Part shown: piece by piece, positions 60,158 to 64,000 of the stretch
Position numbering within the stretch: position 1 is the stretch's first letter
Layout: the number at the start of each line of letters is the position of its first letter
NCBI GenBank assembly: GCA_963777505.1
Contig: CAVZQN010000001.1
Span: 512,001-576,000, forward strand
DNA from: an uncultured bacterium
GTDB lineage: Bacteria; Acidobacteriota; HRBIN11; JAKEFK01
DNA: 64,000 nt
Direction: 5' to 3'
Program-made: the position numbers and the translations under genes
Notes under the pieces: generated by a model
What the model was told of the DNA's origin: nothing
The model's database searches: none
What the model saw: the letters and a program-made list of their open reading frames with translations, nothing else

Positions 60158-60175
60158 CTTTGCGTTTCTGCGGTT
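60158..60175 (-). repeat. 18-bp junction repeat, copy 8
   Basis: rc AACCGCAGAAACGCAAAG, starting in the thiolase TAA stop and ending at the hbd SD. Confidence 0.8.
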
Positions 60176-61352
60176 ATAGAGCTTCAACAATCATTGCAAT
60201 GCCCTGACCACCACCAATACAAGCAGTAGCAAGACCATACTTCTTTCCACGCCGGCGCAATTCCAACAACACGGTCAGCACAAGACGTGTACCGGAAGCT
60301 GCAAGCGGATGACCAAGAGCAATCGCTCCGCCATTTACATTTGTACGATCACGATTCAGTCCCAAAACTTTCTCTACTGCAAGATACTGACCTGCGAATG
60401 CTTCATTCACTTCAACCAGATCCATATCTTCCACTTTCAATCCTGCTTTCTTTAGAGCTTCCTGCGAGGCAGACACAGGTCCGATTCCCATGATCGATGG
60501 ATCTACGCCGGTATATGCCCATGAAACAATTCGGCCAAGCGGACGCCAATTGCGATTTTCCGCCTCACGGCTGCTTGCAACCACAATGGCAGCAGCACCA
60601 TCTACGATTCCACTAGCATTGCCAGCGGTTACAAAACCATCTTTGCTGAAATGGGGTTTGAGTTGCGCCAAACCTTCCATCGTAGTTTCAGGTCTCATGT
60701 GATCATCATGATCGATCGTTATATTGCCTTTTCTAGAGCTGATTACAACAGGAGAAATTTCATCCTTAAACTTTCCTGCTTCCAACGCAGCGGCGGCAGC
60801 TTTCTGGCTTCGTAAGGCGTACGCATCCTGATCTTCGCGGCTGATTTGATATTCGCGCGCAAGATTATCCGATGTTTGCGCCATGTATAGTCCACAATAT
60901 GAATCAAGAAGCGCAACCTGAAGCATGTCTTCTAACTTTCCTTCACCCAGACGAAAACCTTTTCGCGCTCCGCGAATTACATGAGGTGCCTGGGTTAAAG
61001 ATTCCATTCCACCGGCGAGTACAACGTTTGCTTCGCCTAGCTGAATGAGATGCGCGGCTTCAACGATTGATTGAATTCCAGAACCACATAATCGATTGAC
61101 AGTTAATGCCGGCACTTGTACTGGCACTCCAGCCTTTAATGCAACATGACGCGCTCCATAAATTGCATCGCCGCTTGTTTGCAGCGCATTGCCAAACACA
61201 ACATGCTGCACATTCCCTGGATCAACACCTGTCGCTTCAAGTGCAGCTTTTGATGCAATGGATCCAAGATCGATTGCGCTAAAATCACTGAGTGCGCCGT
61301 TATATTCAGTCATCGGCGTGCGTTTGCCGCCCAGAATTAATACTTCAGTCAT
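60174..61352 (-). CDS. Acetyl-CoA C-acetyltransferase (thiolase)
   Basis: NRLCGSG, TAGNASG..DGA, EVNEAFA, NGGAIALGHP, CIGGGQG. Confidence 0.96.
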   Translation of the reverse strand: MTEVLILGGKRTPMTEYNGALSDFSAIDLGSIASKAALEATGVDPGNVQHVVFGNALQTSGDAIYGARHVALKAGVPVQVPALTVNRLCGSGIQSIVEAAHLIQLGEANVVLAGGMESLTQAPHVIRGARKGFRLGEGKLEDMLQVALLDSYCGLYMAQTSDNLAREYQISREDQDAYALRSQKAAAAALEAGKFKDEISPVVISSRKGNITIDHDDHMRPETTMEGLAQLKPHFSKDGFVTAGNASGIVDGAAAIVVASSREAENRNWRPLGRIVSWAYTGVDPSIMGIGPVSASQEALKKAGLKVEDMDLVEVNEAFAGQYLAVEKVLGLNRDRTNVNGGAIALGHPLAASGTRLVLTVLLELRRRGKKYGLATACIGGGQGIAMIVEAL

Positions 61353-61377
61353 AGTTCGTACTCCAACAATTCGAGTG

Positions 61378-62205
61378 TTACTGCGTCTGCCCTAAATTTC
61401 GCTCAATGTTTGATTTCATTTCCTGCAACAATTTCTGCTCAGATGAGCCTGAAGGCAAATCCTCAAACATTTGAGACAGGCGAAATGAATCTTCCGCGCA
61501 TTTCCAGTTGCGAAGATTGTAGTGTGCAAGCCCGATATTATAGTAAGGATAATAATCGATAAACCACATACCATAAATTCTGCTGAACTTTTGCGGACGG
61601 TCACGAAAATCTAACGCACTGATAAAGCTATCAAGGGCCCTTTGCCAATCATTTTTTTGCTTCAACACAAGACCCAATTCATAGTGATAGTACCAGGGAT
61701 ATGTTCGTTCATCGGCTTTCGGAAGGTTGCAACGCTGGCGGATATCTTCTTTCATTTTCTGAACAACTTGGTCAGACAAAACGTAAGGTTTTTTGCTGAA
61801 ATCACGAATACCCTGCTCCGAATCTTGTCCATTTGTCGCATTCTTTGTTTTGGATAGCTTGTCACGATAATCCTTCATCAAATCCTGTCCGGATTTACTC
61901 ATCGTGATTGCCGAAAGTGAATTCTCCAGGTCTAGAAATTCTTCGGCAAGCTGCATCTTACCCAAATGGTAATAACTGATACCAAGTTGAAGATAGGGAA
62001 GATATTCCAATGCTCCAGTATTCTTCACAATTTCAGAAATCGGTTTGTCAGCAACCGCCATCTTTAAGTATGCAATTCCATCGTCATATTTTCCCTGAGC
62101 GATAAATTGCAGTCCTTTGGAATAATTTACACGCCAAACAGGATCGTCAGCGATTGCGATAGCCGCGAAAAAGAAGCAAACAAGTGTTAATTTCTTCATC
62201 CTCAT
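61378..62205 (-). CDS. Exported TPR-repeat protein
   Basis: Signal peptide; two TPR-like blocks (YLPYLQLGISYY, YYPYYNIGLAHY). Confidence 0.8.
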   Translation of the reverse strand: MRMKKLTLVCFFFAAIAIADDPVWRVNYSKGLQFIAQGKYDDGIAYLKMAVADKPISEIVKNTGALEYLPYLQLGISYYHLGKMQLAEEFLDLENSLSAITMSKSGQDLMKDYRDKLSKTKNATNGQDSEQGIRDFSKKPYVLSDQVVQKMKEDIRQRCNLPKADERTYPWYYHYELGLVLKQKNDWQRALDSFISALDFRDRPQKFSRIYGMWFIDYYPYYNIGLAHYNLRNWKCAEDSFRLSQMFEDLPSGSSEQKLLQEMKSNIERNLGQTQ

Positions 62206-62335
62206 TAGACCTCAGATTCCGGATTATAACGCTAAGCTGTAAACTGCGCCATTGTGATCTAAAGAGGAAAGTATCTGGGCAGATCCATATCAATAAGACA
62301 ATTGCGGAATGGGGGCTATGAGCGATAATGTGAGG

Positions 62336-63604
62336 CTAAATCTGATCTGCGCCTAAACACCTGACGTTCCAGGCACCTTGAGGCTGAAGTGCGCCGGGAT
62401 AGTCAACATCCGTTACCCGTACGCCTTCAAAATTAATTTTGAGTCGTACATCATTTCGGGACGTCCACTTGCCGGTTCGATGAATCCCTAAAATGAAATT
62501 CAGATAGTAGCTTCCAAACTGAAACATATTAGGCAGGAAAGTTACAGTCGAAACATATTCGCCGGGACTTCTTTCGTTCAGTCCCTGGACTGTGGCGTCA
62601 TATGTTCGAAATAAATGAATACCTTCAGCAGAAAAAACATCAAAGCCCAATAGGACTCGAGGTACTGCTTTCTTAACGGTGTAATAAACGTGAACTAAGA
62701 CTTCATCGTCCACGCGAAGTGGTGCCCCAAGACTGTATCCATCTTGTTCTACAACGATCTTCTTTACTTTTATGTTTTCGTCTTCAACAGAAAGATCAAT
62801 CGATTCTTTAGTATCCACGCTTGATCCACGCAAATAACTGACAATGACTTTTGACGGAATCCCACTCTCAACCAGATTGCCTGATTTCAATAAAAATATT
62901 TTTGTACAAAGACTTTGCATTGCGCCCATGTTGTGACTTACAAACAAAACTGTCCTTCCTTGTCTGGCAACATCTCCGAGTTTTCCTAAACATTTCTTTT
63001 GAAATTCAGCATCTCCTACAGCTAATACTTCGTCCACTAACAAGATTTCAGGTTCGAGATGGGCCGCCACAGCGAATGCAAGCCGGACATACATACCGCT
63101 TGAATAGAACTTAACTGGTGTATCCAAAAATTTTTCTAGTTCAGCAAAGGCTACAATTTCATCGAGTTTTCTATCAATTTCAGCCTTCCGCATTCCGAGA
63201 ATCGCACCATTTAAATAGAGATTCTCCCTCCCACTGAGCTCCGGATGAAAGCCAGTACCAACTTCAAGCAAAGAGCCTACACGGCCTTCAATTTCAACTT
63301 TCCCTTCAGAGGGTGCTGTAATTCGAGAGAGAATCTTTAACAGTGTACTTTTTCCGGCACCGTTACTTCCGATAACACCAATGACTTCCCCTTGCCTAAT
63401 ATCAAAAGAGACATCTTTCAGGGCCCAAATAAATGGATTTCCATTGTTGCCAGAATCACGATTTGCTTTTTTCAGGAGTTGGAAAGGACTTTGAACTGCG
63501 CGTGCGAGTGTATCGCGCAAAGTATTATATTTCGCAGTCGATCCTTTTTGGGTAATACGATACTTTTTTGAGAGCCCACTTGAACGAATTGCAATGTCTG
63601 TCAT
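62336..63604 (-). CDS. wzt: Polysaccharide ABC transporter ATPase with C-terminal domain (Wzt/TagH-like)
   Basis: WALKDVSF, GSNGAGKSTLL, LLEVGTGFHPELSGREN, YSSGMYVRLAF, DEVLAVGD, VSH. Confidence 0.93.
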   Translation of the reverse strand: MTDIAIRSSGLSKKYRITQKGSTAKYNTLRDTLARAVQSPFQLLKKANRDSGNNGNPFIWALKDVSFDIRQGEVIGVIGSNGAGKSTLLKILSRITAPSEGKVEIEGRVGSLLEVGTGFHPELSGRENLYLNGAILGMRKAEIDRKLDEIVAFAELEKFLDTPVKFYSSGMYVRLAFAVAAHLEPEILLVDEVLAVGDAEFQKKCLGKLGDVARQGRTVLFVSHNMGAMQSLCTKIFLLKSGNLVESGIPSKVIVSYLRGSSVDTKESIDLSVEDENIKVKKIVVEQDGYSLGAPLRVDDEVLVHVYYTVKKAVPRVLLGFDVFSAEGIHLFRTYDATVQGLNERSPGEYVSTVTFLPNMFQFGSYYLNFILGIHRTGKWTSRNDVRLKINFEGVRVTDVDYPGALQPQGAWNVRCLGADQI

Positions 63605-63706
63605 TTGTAAAGATGAAATCCTAAGTCAGAACGGCCTAATCGCTGATAAGCATATGCTGAAAAGTTACTTTAGCAAACTTTATTAGCGTCTGATCAAAGC
63701 CCTGTG

Positions 63707-64000
63707 TTAGTTGCGCATTTCTCTTAATAACCACGCTTTGGCCAAGCGCATTTCACGTTTTACTGTTGCTTCGGAAACTCCGAGGACTCGCGCCGTCTCA
63801 ACTACACTCATCCCTCCAAAAGAACGCATTTCGATAATACGCGCTTTACGTTCATCAAGTTTAGCAAGTTTCCGAAGAGTTTCATCAAAATCGAGCAGAT
63901 CTGAGGCCTGTTCATGAGTAAAGATCGGAGCTTCATCGAGCAGAATCTTGGATTGGGATACTCCGCCGCGTCTTTGAGCAGTCCGGGTCCGGGCATGATC
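63707..64000 (-). CDS. ECF sigma factor, TIGR02999 type (C-terminal part; start outside window)
   Basis: Hand translation: DHARTRTAQRRGG...LLDFDETLRKLAKLDERKARIIEMRSFGGMSVVETARVLGVSEATVKREMRLAKAWL*. Confidence 0.88.
   Translation of the reverse strand, partial: DHARTRTAQRRGGVSQSKILLDEAPIFTHEQASDLLDFDETLRKLAKLDERKARIIEMRSFGGMSVVETARVLGVSEATVKREMRLAKAWLLREMRN

Noticed and set aside
1400-60175. 18-bp repeats as a CRISPR array or a transcription-factor regulon
   Set aside because: The copies are dispersed over 60 kb with no spacers or cas genes; they occur in both orientations and also at convergent 3' ends.

Overview
This is a gene-dense chromosomal window from a Gram-negative bacterium. Gene content suggests Acidobacteriota or a similar lineage, which is inference only. 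Most of it is housekeeping: gap-pgk-tpiA, futalosine menaquinone genes (mqnE, UbiA-like, ubiX), PBP1B, pyk, comEC, valS-nadC-birA-coaX, a PDZ/GAF/PAS kinase with an NtrC-type regulator, oppD/F, methylmalonyl-CoA mutase, blaI/blaR-like, rarA, tldD/E, thiolase-hbd-crt, wzt and an ECF sigma factor. I saw no tRNA, rRNA, CRISPR array, phage or transposase. Several genes, including pgk, carry apparent single-base indels, probably sequencing errors. The most interesting signals are: (1) an 18-bp motif, AACCGCARAGACGCAAAG, found 8 times and always at gene junctions, together with inverted heptamer arrays and REP palindromes, one of which sits inside a CDS; (2) an apparently catalytically dead PilB/GspE-like protein with an added Cys-rich Zn-finger; (3) a RomR-like regulator beside valS; (4) an unannotated 54-aa ORF under a near-perfect sigma54 promoter; (5) an LpoP-like lipoprotein next to PBP1B; (6) a structured 5'UTR before an M23 peptidase.
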